DNA from: Mobula hypostoma
Lineage: Eukaryota
Length of the DNA stretch: 64,000 nt
Assembly: GCF_963921235.1 (NCBI RefSeq)
Contig: NC_086109.1
Span: forward strand, 15,998,001-16,062,000
Reading direction: 5' to 3'
In this document: in pieces, positions 1-12,605 of the stretch
Layout: each line of letters opens with the position of its first letter
Numbering within the stretch: the stretch's first letter is position 1
Made by a program: the position numbers and the translations under genes
Notes under the pieces: generated by a model
What the model saw: the letters and a program-made list of their open reading frames with translations, nothing else
Database searches by the model: none
What the model was told of the DNA's origin: nothing

Positions 1-445
1 CTGCTGCAAGACCTTTCTAACCTTTCCCTTCCACATAGCCCTCCATTTTACTTTTATTCATGTGCCTATCTGAGGGTCTCGTAAATATCACCAGTGTTGG
101 TTCAGATCGCTGCTTGTAGCGGCAAAACACAATGTTCGGACAGATAGTTAAGTGCCGGGCCACATTGAAAACATCAGGGTGTTGGGGCCCGAGGAGAGGT
201 AGGGGCTGGTTCAGATCACTGCTCCACGATGTTTACTCGGCTCTGCACTGAACTATGGGACTCTCTTTGTGGACCTTAGGTCAGAAACGTTATTCGCTTG
301 TGGTTACTGTTTGCATGATTTTTTTTCAGTGCACATTTGGGTGTTCGATTGGGGTCTTCTTTTTTATGGGTTCTTTTATTCTTTTTTATGTGCATGATGT
401 GGTTTTATTCTCTGCACATTGGGTGTTACATAGTTTTTATATATA

Positions 446-1343
446 TGTAACCAGGTGACTGTTGAATGTCTTTTTGTATTGTTAGATTGCACTTATGATT
501 TCACCTTGCTAATGCTAAAATGGCTGCCTGTGCCTTTAAGAGAGAATGGTGATGTCATTTTGCACGTGTGGAGTAGAACGAAGAGTTGCCATGTTCTAGA
601 AAGGACGACGTTCAAATGCTTTTCCCAGATTTGGTGAGGAAAGGTGAATAATATTTGATAATATCCATGTAAATTCATTTATACTTGTTTGTAAATCTAG
701 AATATCAGTAATTTGATGTGATTTACATGTGGATGCTTTAGATTTTCATGAGTAAATTGATCAGCACTGATTGCGAAGTTCCTTAATCAGTATACTAGGT
801 TAGTCTTTTAATAATTCAACTGCAAGGCAATATATTGTAAAAGGTTATTTTTCTTTCTTTATTGTTTCATGACCGAATGTGAATGTAACAGAGTAATGTG
901 AATGCGTTAATCTCTGTTCATGTAGCATGAGCGAGGAGAACTCATTTCAAGGTCTATCCTATATGTGTTTGGAAGTTAAGCACGTGTGTGTCAAAGGTGA
1001 GTATATCTCTTAGTTAAGATGAGATGTATTTATTCATATTTTTGATGTTGTGTATAAGGTACAGGGTTGGTGGGATTCTAACATTGTATTGTTTTTTTAG
1101 AGTTGCCACTACTGTATGGGTTTTGTATATTTTGTTTTAGTTATTTTCATACTGCATATGTAACAAAGGTGTGGTCTGAAGTTAAACTGAGATTTTAATA
1201 GCAGGAACCGTTTTTTTAAAATTTATTTTGTCATTTTCATTTTGATACCCTCTTTCTGCAATAAAACATCTAAAACAGATAAAGGAATTTAAGACTCGAA
1301 AAAGTATTTGTTGTCCTGTGTGTGTATTTTTCCCCAGGTTACA
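446..1343 (+). mobile_element. Solo LTR (~0.9 kb) of an LTR retrotransposon, inserted in a (TA)n tract
   Basis: Termini TGTAACCAGG...CCAGGTTACA (9/10 inverted match, TG..CA); ATATA on both flanks; AATAAA at ~1260; the flanks join into one continuous older repeat (~90-445 + 1344-1452). Confidence 0.7.
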
Positions 1344-1455
1344 ATATATATATGTTTTCTTTGAGTGCCTTTGTCCTGTGGCTACCTGTTAGGAGACGAA
1401 TCTCAAGGCTGTATAATTTATACACACTTTGATAATAAATGTACTTGAAACTTCA

Positions 1456-4062
1456 AACAATGTACCTGCATCTATTATAATCCTGGCAGCATGTTCGACA
1501 CACTCACCATTCTCTCTAAAAAAAAACTACCTCTGACATACTCCTGTTCTTTCCTCCAGTCACCTTGTTTACACAAACATTCCCGACGTGTACCAGACGG
1601 AGCCCTGCCCCCACCTCGGTTACTCAGACCACGTCTCTGTTATTCTAATCCCAGCATACAGACCGCTCGTCAGGCGCTCCAGACCAGTTCAGAAGCAGGT
1701 GAAAACCTGGCCAGCAGGAGCCATCTCTGCTCTTCAAGACTGCTTTGAGCACACTGACTGGCACATGTTCAGGGAGGCTGCAACCGATGGCGACTCTACC
1801 AACTTAGAGGAGTACAGTACACGGCATCTGTGACTAGCTACATCAGCGAGTGCATTGATGACATCACTGTGGCCAGAACCATTACTACACACGCTAACCA
1901 GAAGCCATAGATGACCGCGGAGGTGCGTGCACTGCTGAGGACCCGTGACTCCGTCTTCAGAGCAGGCAACTAACAATAGCGAGGGCCAAACTGTCCCGGG
2001 CCATCAGAGAGGCAAAGCGTGCACAGCACATGTGGAAGGGCATTCAGAACATCACCAACTACAAGACAACACCACCTGCCCGTGCTGGTGATGCCTCCCT
2101 CCCAGATGTGTTGAATAACTTCTATGCTCGTTTTGAGGTGGAAAATGACGTGGCGGCGAGGAAGACCACCCCTCCTCCAAACGACCAGGTGCTGTGTCAT
2201 ACCGTAGCCGATGTAAGGAGAACCCTGTGCATGGTCAACCCACGGAAGGCTGCTGGACCAGACGATATTCCTGTTAGAGTGCTTAGAGGATGTGCAGACC
2301 AGCTAGCTGAGATTCTCACTGACATCTTCAATATCTCCCTGAGCAGCACCGTCGTTCCTGTGTGCTTCAAGGCCGCCACCATTCTGTGCCGAAGAAGTCT
2401 TCAGCGTCCTGCCTCAACAACTACCATCCCGTCACACTCATATCCATCATCATGAGGTGTTTCGAGAGGCTCATTGTGAGGTACATCAAGACCCTGCTGC
2501 CACCCTCACCTGACCCCCGGTAATTCGCGTACCATCCCAACCATTCAACAGACGACGCCATTGCCATCACCCTCCACCTGGACAAAAAAGATACTTACGT
2601 TCGAATGCTGTTCATAGACTTCAGTTCAGCATTCAACACAATCATTCCTCAGAAACTGATTGGAAAGCGGAGCCAACCGGGCCTGAACACCTCCCTCTGC
2701 AACTAGATCCTAGACTTCCTGACTGGGAGACCTCAGTCAGTCCAGATCGGAAGCAGCATCTCCAACACCATCACACTAAGCATGGGGGCCCCCCAGGGCT
2801 GTGTGCTCAGTCCACTGCTGTTCACTCTGCTGACCCACGACGGTGCAGCAACACACAGCTCGAACCATATCATCAAGTTCACCGATGACACGACCGTAGT
2901 GGGTCTCATCAGCAAGAACGATGAGTCAGCATACAGAGAGGAGGTGCAGTGGCTAACGGACTGGTGCAGAGCCAACAACCTGTTTTTGAATGTGGACAAA
3001 ACAAAAGAGATGGTTGTTGACTTCAGGAGGACAAGGAGCGACCACTCTCCACTGTACATCGAAACTCCTCTGTAGAGATCGTTAAGAGCACCAAATTTCT
3101 TGGTGTTCACCTGGTGGAGGATCTCACTTGGTCCCTCAACACCAGCTCCATAGCAAAGAAAGTCCAGTAGCATCTCTGCTTTCTGTGAAGGCTGAGAAAA
3201 GTCCATCTCCCACCCCCCATCCTCACCACATTCTACAGAGGATGTATTGAGAGCATCCTGAGCAGCTGCATCACTGCCTGGTTCGGAAATTGCACCATCT
3301 CGGATCACAAGACCCTGCAGCAGATAGTGAGGTCAGCTGGGATCATTGAGGTCTCTCTTCCCGCCATTACAGACATTTACACCACACGCTGCATCCGTAA
3401 AGCAAACAGCATTATGAAGGACCCACGCACCCCTCATACAAACTCTTCTCCCTCCTGCCATCTGGCAAAAGGCGCCAAAGTATTCGGGCTCTCACGACCA
3501 GACTATGTAACAGTTTCTTCCCCCAAGCCATCAGACTCCTCAATACCCAGAGCCTGGACTGACACCAACCTACTGCCCTCTACTGTGCCTATTGTCTTGT
3601 TTATTATTTATTGTAATGCCTGCACTCTTCTGTGCACTTTATGCAGTCCTGGGTAGGTCTGTAGTCTAGTGTAGTTTTGTGCTTTTTCTCGTAGTTCAGT
3701 GTAGTTTTTGTATTGTTCATGTAGCACCATGGACCTGAAAAACGTTGTCTCGTTTGTACTGTGTACTGTACCAGCAGTTATGGTCGAAATGACAATAAAA
3801 AATGACTTGACTTGGCTTGACTTGACTTAAAAATATGTTTTTTCATATTAGCCATTTCAGCACCTGCTATCTACATTAACAATACTGCTTATCATCTTAT
3901 ATTTATCTATCAAGTCACCTCTTATCCTGTTTCATCCAAAGAGAAAAGTCATAGCTCATTCAACTTTTCTCATAACACATGCTCTCTAATCCAGGCAGCA
4001 TCCTGGTCAATCTCTGCACCCTCTCTAAAGCCTCCACATCCTTCCTATAATACGGTGACCAG
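1456..4062 (-). mobile_element. Old CR1-like LINE 3' portion, fragmented (1-92, 1456-1566, 3829-4062) by later insertions
   Basis: The reverse complement resembles the RT C-terminus and 3' end of the other CR1 copies; the sequence is continuous across the Rex1 insertion (cagtcacctt|aaaatatg). Confidence 0.6.
1567..3828 (+). mobile_element. Rex1/Babar-clade LINE, 5'-truncated, degenerate (endonuclease C-terminus + RT)
   Basis: APE C-terminal motif [60 protein letters not shown]; stops and frameshifts; AATAAA then a (GACTT)n tail at 3803-3828. Confidence 0.88.
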
Positions 4063-4066
4063 ATGT

Positions 4067-4352
4067 GGGCGCCATTGTAGCGAAGCAGTGAGCACAATGC
4101 CATTACAGCTCAAGGCGTCGGAGTTTGGAATTCTGCAAAGAATTTGTATTTTCTCCCCATGGAACGAATGGGTTTTCTCCTGATCCTCTGGTTTCCTCCC
4201 ACAGTCCAAAGGCATACCGGTTAGTAGGTTAGTTGGTCATTATAAATTGTCTCGTGATAGGCTAGGGTTAAAATCTGGGGTTGCTAGGCAGTGCAACTTG
4301 AAAGGCCGGAAGGGCCTATTCTGCACTGTACCTATATATAAAACAAAATATA
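4067..4352 (+). mobile_element. tRNA-derived SINE with V-SINE-like central domain
   Basis: Core ttctcccc...gggttttctcc...ctctggtttcctcccacagtccaaag; A-rich end; related copies at ~14448-14670, ~14905-15075, ~16030-16290(-), ~55830-56090, ~62780-62980(-). Confidence 0.65.
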
Positions 4353-4689
4353 AAGCTAACTGAATTGGAGCAGGTTATCAATCTGGTCAGAAAACATGAA
4401 ACATGCAGTGCATATTGCAAAACAAGAAATTAAATGTTTGGCCTTTCTACGTTTTATTTCCAGCAACTTGATCAAACTCTTTTTTATTGAGTGCACCCTC
4501 TCAGTTTCACCTGAATGAACCTGTTTATTCCAGACTGCGGCTGAAAGTGACATAGTGGATGCAGCAAGCAATGGGCAATTTACAAAATGTATGGCCCTCC
4601 GCTGGGATTCAACTTGCACATAGAAGAAATCTCCTATTTCTCAGCCAATATGTATACAAGTTATTTGTCATGCTAATATTTTTATTACA

Positions 4690-7677
4690 CTAAGGGTGAG
4701 TATCAGTGCAAAAGAGATGCAAAATCAAAATGGGTAGCAAATACAACATGCAAAGTGTTACATCTCAGTGCAGGTATATAAGAAATAAGGTGGATGATCT
4801 TGTTGCAATTTTACAGATGATGATCAAGTATGTCGATGGCTGTCACTGAATCATAGCTGAAGAATGGTTGTAGTTAGGAGCTGAATGTCCAAGGTTACAC
4901 ATTGTATCAGAGGGATAGGAAGGTAGGCAGAGGGGGTGATGTGGCTCTACCGGTAAAGAATGGCATCAAATCATTAGAAAGATGTGACATAAGATTGGAA
5001 GATGTTGAATCCTTGTTGGCTGAGTTAAGAAACTGCAAGCGTAAAAGGACCCTGATGGCTTTATATGCAGGCCTCCAAAGAGTATCTGGGATGTGGACTA
5101 CAGATTACAATGAGAAATAGAAAAGGCATGTCAAAAGACCAATGTTATTATAGTCATGGGAAATTTTAACATGCAGGTAGGTTGGTAGTGGATCGCAAGA
5201 GAGTGAATTTGTTGCATGCCTATGAGATGGCTTTTTAGATCAGTTTGTCATTGAACCTACTAGGGGATCAGCTGTACTGGATTGGGTGTAATGAACCAGA
5301 GGCAATTAGGGAGCTTAAGGTAAGGGAACCCTTATGAGACAGTGATCACGATATGATTGTTCAACCTGAAATTTGACAGGGAGAAATTAAAGTCTGATGC
5401 AGCAGTATTTCAGTGGACTAACGGAAATCACAGTGGGTTGAGAGCAGATTTGGCCAAACTAACTTGGAAGGAGATGCTGGAGGGTGACAGCATAGCAGCA
5501 ATGGCATGAGTTTCTGGGAGAAATGAGAAAGGTGCAGGATAGATGTATTCCAAAAACAAAGAAATACTCAAATGGCAAAATAATACAACCATGGCTGACA
5601 AGGAAAGTCAAAGCTAATGTAAAAGCAAAAGAGAGGACATATAACAAAGCAAAAATTAGTGGGAAGACAGAGGATTGAGAAGCTTTTAAAAACCTACAGA
5701 AAGCAACTAAAAGAATCATTGTGTAGAGAAAAAATGAAATATAAAAGCAAGCTAGAAACAATATCAAGGTAGATAGAAAAGGCTTTTCAAGTGTATAAAA
5801 AATAAAAGAGAGATGAGAGTGGATGCACAACTGCTAGAAAATGAGGCTGAAGAAATAATAATGGAGGACAAGGAGATGGCGGGTGTACGAAATGAGTACT
5901 TTTCATCAGTCTGCACTGTGAAAGACTAGCAGTGTGCCAGATGTTCAAATGTGTGAGAGAAGAGAAGTGAGCACAGTTCCTATTACAAGGGAGAAAGTGC
6001 TCAAAAACCTTAAAGTCCTAAAGGTACATAAGTCACCCAGACAGATGAACTGCACCCTAGGATTCTGAAAGAGGTAGCAGTAGAGATTGTGGAGGCATTA
6101 GTAATGATCTTTCAAAAATCATTAGACTCTGGCATGGTACCAGAGGAAAGGAAAACTGGAAATGTCACTCCACAAGGAGAAAGGCACCAGGAAGGAAATT
6201 ATAGGCCAGTTAGCCTGACCTCAGTGGTTAGGAAGATGTTGGAGCCAATTGCTAAGGATGAGGTTATGGAATACTTGGGACACAGCACAAGATAGGACCA
6301 AATCAGCATGGCTTCCTTATGGGAAAATCTTGCTGACAAACCTGCTGGAATTCTTTGAGGAGATTACGAGTAGGATAGGAAAACAAACATAGTGGATGTT
6401 GACAACAGGAATTCTGCAGTTGCTGGAAATTCAAGCAACACACATCAAAGTTGCTGGTGAACGCAGCAGGCCAGGCAGCATCTGTAGGAAGAGGTGCAGT
6501 CAACGTTTCAGGCCGAGACCCTTCGTCAAGACGTTGTATATTTGGATTTGCGAAAGGCCATTGACAAGGTGCCACACGTGAGGCTGCTTACCAAGTTAAG
6601 AGCCCATGGTATTACAGGAAAGTTACTAGCATGCTTAGAGCATGGGCTGATGGTAGGAGGAAGTGAGTGGGAATAAAAGGATCCTTTTCTGGTTGTATGC
6701 CAGTGACTAGTGGTGTTCCGTAGGTGTTGGTCTTGGAGCGGCTTCTTTTTATGCTGTATGTCAATGATTTAGACGATAGAATAGATGACTTTGTTACCAA
6801 GTTTGCAGATAATATGAAGATTGGCGGAGAGGCCGGTAGTGTTGAGGAAACAGGTAGGTTGCTGAAAGACTTGGATAGATTGGGAGAATGGGTAAGAAAG
6901 TGGCAAATGAAATACAATGTTGGAAAATACATGCTCATGTACTTTGGTAGAAGAAATAAATATGCAGACTATTTTCTAAACAGGGAGAAAATCCAAAAAT
7001 CTGAGATGCAAAGAGACTTGGGAGTCCTTGTGCAGAACACTCTAAAGGTTAACTTGCAGGTTGAGTTGATGGTGAGGAAGGCAAATGAAATGCTAGCATT
7101 TATTTCAAGAGAACTAGAATATAAGAGCAGGGATTTGATACTGATGCTTTATAAGGCACTGGTGAGGCCTCACCTTGAGTATTGTGAATAGTTCTGAGAT
7201 CCTTATCTAAGAAAAGATTTGCTGGCATTGGAAAGGGTTCAGGGGAGATTCACAAGGATAATTCTGTTGAAGAATGTTTGATGGCTCTGGGCCTGTGCTC
7301 ACTAGAATTTAGAAGGTTAAGGGAGGATCTCATTGAAACCTTTTGAATGTTTAAAGGCCTAGACACAGTAGATGTAGAAATGATATTTCCCATAATAAGG
7401 GAGTTCAGGACACAAGGACACAGCCTCAGGATAGAGGGTGTCCATTTAAAACAGAGATGTGGAGAAATTTCTTCAGCCATAGGGAGATGAAGTTGTGGAA
7501 TTTATTACCACAGGCAGCTGTGGAGGCCAGGTCATTGGGTGTATTTAAGGCAGAAATTGATAGGTTCCTGATTGGCCACAACATCCACAGGGAGAAGGCT
7601 GGGGAGGGGAGATTGAATGGTAGAGCAGACTCGATGGGCCAAATGGCCTAATTCTGCTCCTATGTCTTATGGTCTAA
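4690..7677 (+). mobile_element. Old CR1-clade LINE ORF2 remnant (APE endonuclease + RT + 3' UTR)
   Basis: Endonuclease start (…RNKVDDL), YQRDRKVGRGG, NYRPVSLTSVV, DVVYLD..KAIDKVPH, YVNDLD, KFADNMKIGG, LYKALVRPHLEYC; 3' end ctatgtcttatggtct; many stops; interrupted at 6402-6532. Confidence 0.88.
6402..6532 (-). mobile_element. Penelope-like terminal-repeat (pLTR) fragment with degenerate hammerhead, inserted in CR1 RT
   Basis: Nearly identical to the arms at 10545-10765 and 31077-31277; interrupts CR1 ...gtggatgttg|tatatttggat; minus strand reads gtcTTGACGAagggtctcggcctGAAAcGTTgactg. Confidence 0.8.
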
Positions 7678-9688
7678 GATTGAAGTTGCATACAAGGGTT
7701 GCTGCTGTGTTATTGCAGATTGAAAGGTTTGGTAAGAAGGTCACCTCTCTCCATTGACGCTTAAATGTATTCCTGATGGTAGAAGGTATATTAGGAAGAT
7801 TTCCTCCTTTATTCCTGAAATGATGGTACAACGAGAATGACCCCACTCTAGAAATGTAATTTTACACTTCAATGCACTTGTGAAGGTTACCTTCCTTTGT
7901 TGATAGATTAGTTGATGATTGGTGGTGGTTCTCTTGACTGGCTGGTAATAATCACTCTGTGCGGTCCAAAAATAATTGGTGTAGAATAAAGTTCCCTTTA
8001 TGATATACAGCTACGGATTATAGTTCTTCTCTGTTTTGGTAGATTGGATGGTGTAGTGTAAAAGTCCTCCTCTCCCACTGGCTTCTGACTGTATTAAAGT
8101 ATAACACTGTTCCTTCTCTCTGAAATTAACCTTGGTTGAACCAAGAAAAGGCTATCCTCTGCTAATGGTTCTGTATCCATTTACTACAAAACTGTTTCAG
8201 CTAATCAATAAAGAAGCTTCATATATTAAAACCACATATGTGGATTCGCGATCCAGGAGATATATTTTGATGTGTAGTTGTGAGGTCTCCAATAAAAATG
8301 GTTCATCTCAGTCAACCATCAGATACTGAAATGTATTTTAAGTTTTAATTTTGGTTAGTAAGGCACAAATTTAGAATTTCAAAAGATCAAAAGCCCTATA
8401 GTTAGAACATTAATGTTGCATTGCAGTGTACTACACAGAATCTGAGGTTTCAGTTCCTGTGCTGATACATATAAAAGATTCTGATTCAATGTCTTAAGTC
8501 CAGCTGAAGGCCCTTGACCCAAGCACTAACTCACTAACTGTTTATTTCCCTCTATAGAAGCTCCTTGAATTGTTGAGTTCCTCCAGCATCTTTAGCATGG
8601 CATTGATGTTGGTAATGGTAATAGCTTATTATTGTCGCACATACTGAGATACAGTGAGAAGTTTTTGTTTGTGATCAAGCCAGACAGATGATGCTTTGAT
8701 ATTTAATCTTCTGGCTGCCATACAAACCTCTCCAATATTGTCATGATGGAGAGATCCCGACAGCAATTCCGTCTGGAGTTTAGCTATCTGGCACTTACCT
8801 CCTGGTAGGGTCAGCCATGACAGTAAGGTCAAAGGGGAGGGAAACATGGTAGGGCTTCTCTGACTCCAGGGAATGCTCTACATCTGCTGTGTGGCCTTAT
8901 CATCACTTTGTCATGGTGGAGAAGCTTATGGGCTCCCGAGGTCCTGAGGGTGATGCTGTGAATAAAGGAGCTCCTGATAGGGTCATGAAGGTAAGGTCAA
9001 GAGGGAGGATTCAGACAAAGATTTGACCAAGACCTCAACAGTGCCACTAGTGGAAGGTGATGACACATCACAATGGCAGTGAAGACAGAGGAAGGCCACA
9101 GCACTGAAACATCCCAGACATCTTGGTTGCCATGCCACTTTGACCCTGACCCTTATCTGTCAAGGTCAATGTGGTGGCTGCCTGTGCATCAACCTCGCTA
9201 CGTTAAACAAAGTCACCCACAGGCGTTTTCCATTAAGGGAATCCACCCTAACATCTGGGATTACTATGTGAATCCTGATTGGTCTCTACAGTCACCTGAA
9301 GACCCACCAATAGACAATCCATTAGGAGAACACTAGTTGCTGTACAAATGCAGGTGATGTTCATAAATTTCCCATGATGGTGCACACACCTGCTCAGTAG
9401 GTTCAATTTCATCTTGCAAAGTCTGGATGCAGTTACTACAGGAGAATAACATCAAGAGGAGGAGTTGGTAGCCTTGCATCTATCATCAAAAATCCTAATA
9501 TACACTCAGTAGTCACTTTATTAGGTACAACTGTACACCAGCTGTAAATATCTGTAAATGTGAATATCTAATCAGTCAAGCACGTGGCAGCAACTCAATG
9601 CACAAAAGCATGCAGGCATGGTCAAGAGGTTCAGTTGTTGTTCTGACCAAACATCAGAACAGGGAATGTGACCTTAGTGACTTTGACC

Positions 9689-10544
9689 ACTCGGACTGCT
9701 GTGGCCTCACTTGGTCGAACCAAAGGTGCAATCGTTCATCCTTTACGTCTTTTTCACGATCTCAAGGCACTGCTGATTATCAAGGAGATCAAGTTGCACA
9801 GGCCTACCCTACTAGCAAGTTGCTGGATGGCACTGGAGCTGCACCTGTTATGCATTGCCTTGCAGCCTGCTTCAGCCATCTAAGGAAGAAAGCATCAGCA
9901 GCAGATGTGGAGGCAGTGCGCGATCCAAACGGACTGATTGTCTTGGACATTTTTGTTGTGATCACAAGACCCTGTTGGACACTGGTAAATTAGAATGCCG
10001 CGAGTACGATTCACCAGATCATCGGCGAGACCGACAGCAGGGGAGCTGTGCGGCCTTCGTCGTGGCACGGACCAGGCCCTCCTTCAAGCCTCGGAGGTCG
10101 CCTTTTGCCGCTGCTGAGGAGGAAGGAACCAGAGATAGTTGTGTGCTGCTGAATGCCGTTCTGAGTTAGAGGCCGATCCCGCTCGTCGGTACTGCCCTCC
10201 AGTGTTTGTCTGTGGCTGCACTGCACGACATGTGAAACTGCTGCGTGCTGTTCTTACAGAAAAGTGGCTCCAGGACAGCGTCCATGCATTATCATTCTAC
10301 AGGGCATAGGCTATGTTATTAGGGACTTGGACTAGTTATTTTTGGGCTATAGGGACTTTGGCTATATTATTATTTTTAATTTTTTTTCTGAACTGCATGT
10401 TTTTCTGCTATATAATTATATGAGCTGTGCACTGAGTGCGACTGTTGTTAATGTGTTTTGCACCTTAGCCTCAGAGGAACTCTGTTCCATTTGGCTGTGT
10501 TCATGTATATAGTTGAATGACAATTAAACTTGAACTTGGAATGA
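9689..10544 (+). mobile_element. Non-coding retroposon with Rex1-type 3' tail, inserted in the Tc1 element
   Basis: Splits Tc1 gactttgacc|ggaatgattg; ends aatgacaattaaacttgaacttg, like the Rex1 tail at ~3790-3828; no coding homology recognised. Confidence 0.5.
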
Positions 10545-10765
10545 CACACATCAAAGTTGCTGGTGAGCGCAGCAGGCCAAGCAGCATCTGTAGGAAGAGG
10601 TACAGTCGACGTTTCAGGCCGAGACCCTTCGTGAGTCCTGACGAAGGGTCTCGGCCTGAAACGTCGACTGTACCTCTTCCTACAGATGCTGCTTGGCCTG
10701 CTGGGTTCACCAGCAACTTTGATATGCGTTGCTTGAATTTCCAGCATCTGCAGAATTCCTGTTGT
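10545..10765 (+). mobile_element. Penelope-derived fold-back mini-element
   Basis: 88-bp inverted arms (10545-10632 / 10641-10728), 8-nt loop, 37-nt one-sided extension; perfect 15-bp TSD TTGAACTTGGAATGA (10530-10544, 10766-10780). Confidence 0.88.
10634..10669 (+). ncRNA. Minimal type I hammerhead ribozyme motif (Penelope-type)
   Basis: AGUC-CUGACGA-AGG(GUCUCGG)CCU-GAAA-C-GUC^GACU: stem I AGUC/GACU, intact core, stem II, stem III reduced to palindromic ACGU; predicted cleavage after C10665. Confidence 0.8.
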
Positions 10766-11933
10766 TTGAACTTGGAATGATTGTTGGTGCCAGATGGGGT
10801 GGTTTGAATATCTCAGAAACTACTGATCTCCTGGGATTTTCTCGCACAACAGACTCTAGGGTTTACCGAGAATGGCACAAAAAATTGAAAACAAAAAGCA
10901 GTGTGTGGCAGTTCTATGTGCAAAAATGCCTTGTTAGTGATAGAGGTCAGAGGAGAATGGCTAGACTGGTTCAAGCTAACAGGCAAGTGACAGCAACTCA
11001 AATAACCACACGTTACAACAGTGGTGTGTGAAAGCACATCTTTGAACTCAGAGTACGTTGAACCTTAAAGTGGATGGGCTACAGCAGAAGAAGGCCCAGA
11101 CATGCAATCAGTGGCCACTTTATTAGGTACAGGAAGTAGCTAATAAAATGACCACTGAATGTACAGACCACCTAATGCAAATCTAGCAGTATGCCAAGTG
11201 CATGAATACTTCTGGAGAGATTAAGGCAAAACCTACAAGAAAGAAGTGATGGTTATCTTGCAGTTTATTGTGTGATTACAATCTATAAGATTACCATATT
11301 TTAATTGCATTTGGGAACTTGTTATGCTCCATTTGAAAAACTAATCACCATTTAATTGACTCTTTTTTACATACTAATAATTGCACAAACAGAACATGTA
11401 GAGGATAAGCCTTCAATAAAACTGAAGTTTAGCCAATGAGGTTCACTGTTACTCGGAAGGTGCCAAAGGATTCTGTTCAGTGAAAAGTAAATTGAGGATT
11501 TCACTGTTACCCTGACAAATCCAACATTATTTTAATGATATGCTAATCAGACAGGATTTGCATGTATTAATTCTGTTCATTATTATATAACCTTTACCCG
11601 TAACTTTAAACACCACAAGGAATACCCTGCTAAAACTTTGGGTGTTTATTCAGTCAAATATAAAGAAAAACAATTATGAATTATGCTAATTAGTATCTTT
11701 TGCATATGGGACTTCAGTTCCATTGCTAAATGGAATTTTCCAATAGCTCAAAACCCAGCCTATTATTAATATACTGAATGAAGTCCCAGGAGACTTCCAT
11801 CCTATTATAATGTCTGTTGCAAAAGGTCATCCAGTCTCTGGTCGTGCTGGAGGGCAACGGAACTGTCTGTTAACTGTGGATATCCCTGTAAGCAGCAAAA
11901 TTTCATTAACTCCTGCTTTACCATAGAAGAGGT

Positions 11934-12605
11934 TCACAAGACCATGAGACATAACAGTAAAATTAAGCTTTTGGGCCCATCGAGCCTGCTCTGCCATTTT
12001 ATCATGGCAGATTTATAAAATCATAAGACACAAGAGCAAATTTAGGCCATTCAGCCCATCACACTCTGACATTTCTTCAAAACTTATTTTATTATCCCCG
12101 TCAGCCCCATTTTCCTGCCTTCCCCCATTTTCTTCGATACCCTTACTAATCAGGAACTATCATCCTCCACTTTAAATATACCCAATGACTTGGCCTCCAC
12201 CAGCTGTCTGTGGCAAAGAATTCCACAGATTCACAACCCTCTGGCAAAAGAACTTCTTCCTCTCATCTGTTCTAAAGGGATACCCGTCTATTCTGAGGCT
12301 GTGCCCTCTGGACCTAGACTCCTCTACTACAGGAAACATCCACTCCACGTCAACTCTATCTAGGTATTTCAATATTCGATAAGTTTCAATGAGATCCCCT
12401 CCCCTTCCATTCTTCTAAACTGCAGTGAGTACAGGCCCAGAGCCATCAAATGCTCCTAATATGTTAACTCTTCCATTCTCGGGATCATTCTCATGAACCT
12501 CCTCTGGACCGTCTCCAATACCAGCACACCCTTTCTTAGATAAGGAACTCAAAACTGCTCACGATATTCCATGTGCAGCTTTCTGGACAAATGCCTTCTA
12601 AAGCC
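11934..12605 (-). mobile_element. CR1 LINE 3' fragment
   Basis: ORF 12172-12372(-) LDRVDVEWMFP...SRSRGHSLRI...FFCQRVVNLWNSLP, followed by CR1 3' UTR. Confidence 0.82.

Larger units (their letters stand above)
9503..11161 (+). mobile_element. Non-autonomous Tc1-like DNA transposon (HTH remnant only) with nested insertions
   Basis: TA flanks; TIR CACTCAGT(G/A)G(C/T)CACTTTATTAGGTAC; translation CDLSDFD...GMIVGARWGGLNISETTDLLGFSRTTDSRVYREW...WMGYSRRRP; no DD34E domain. Confidence 0.82.
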
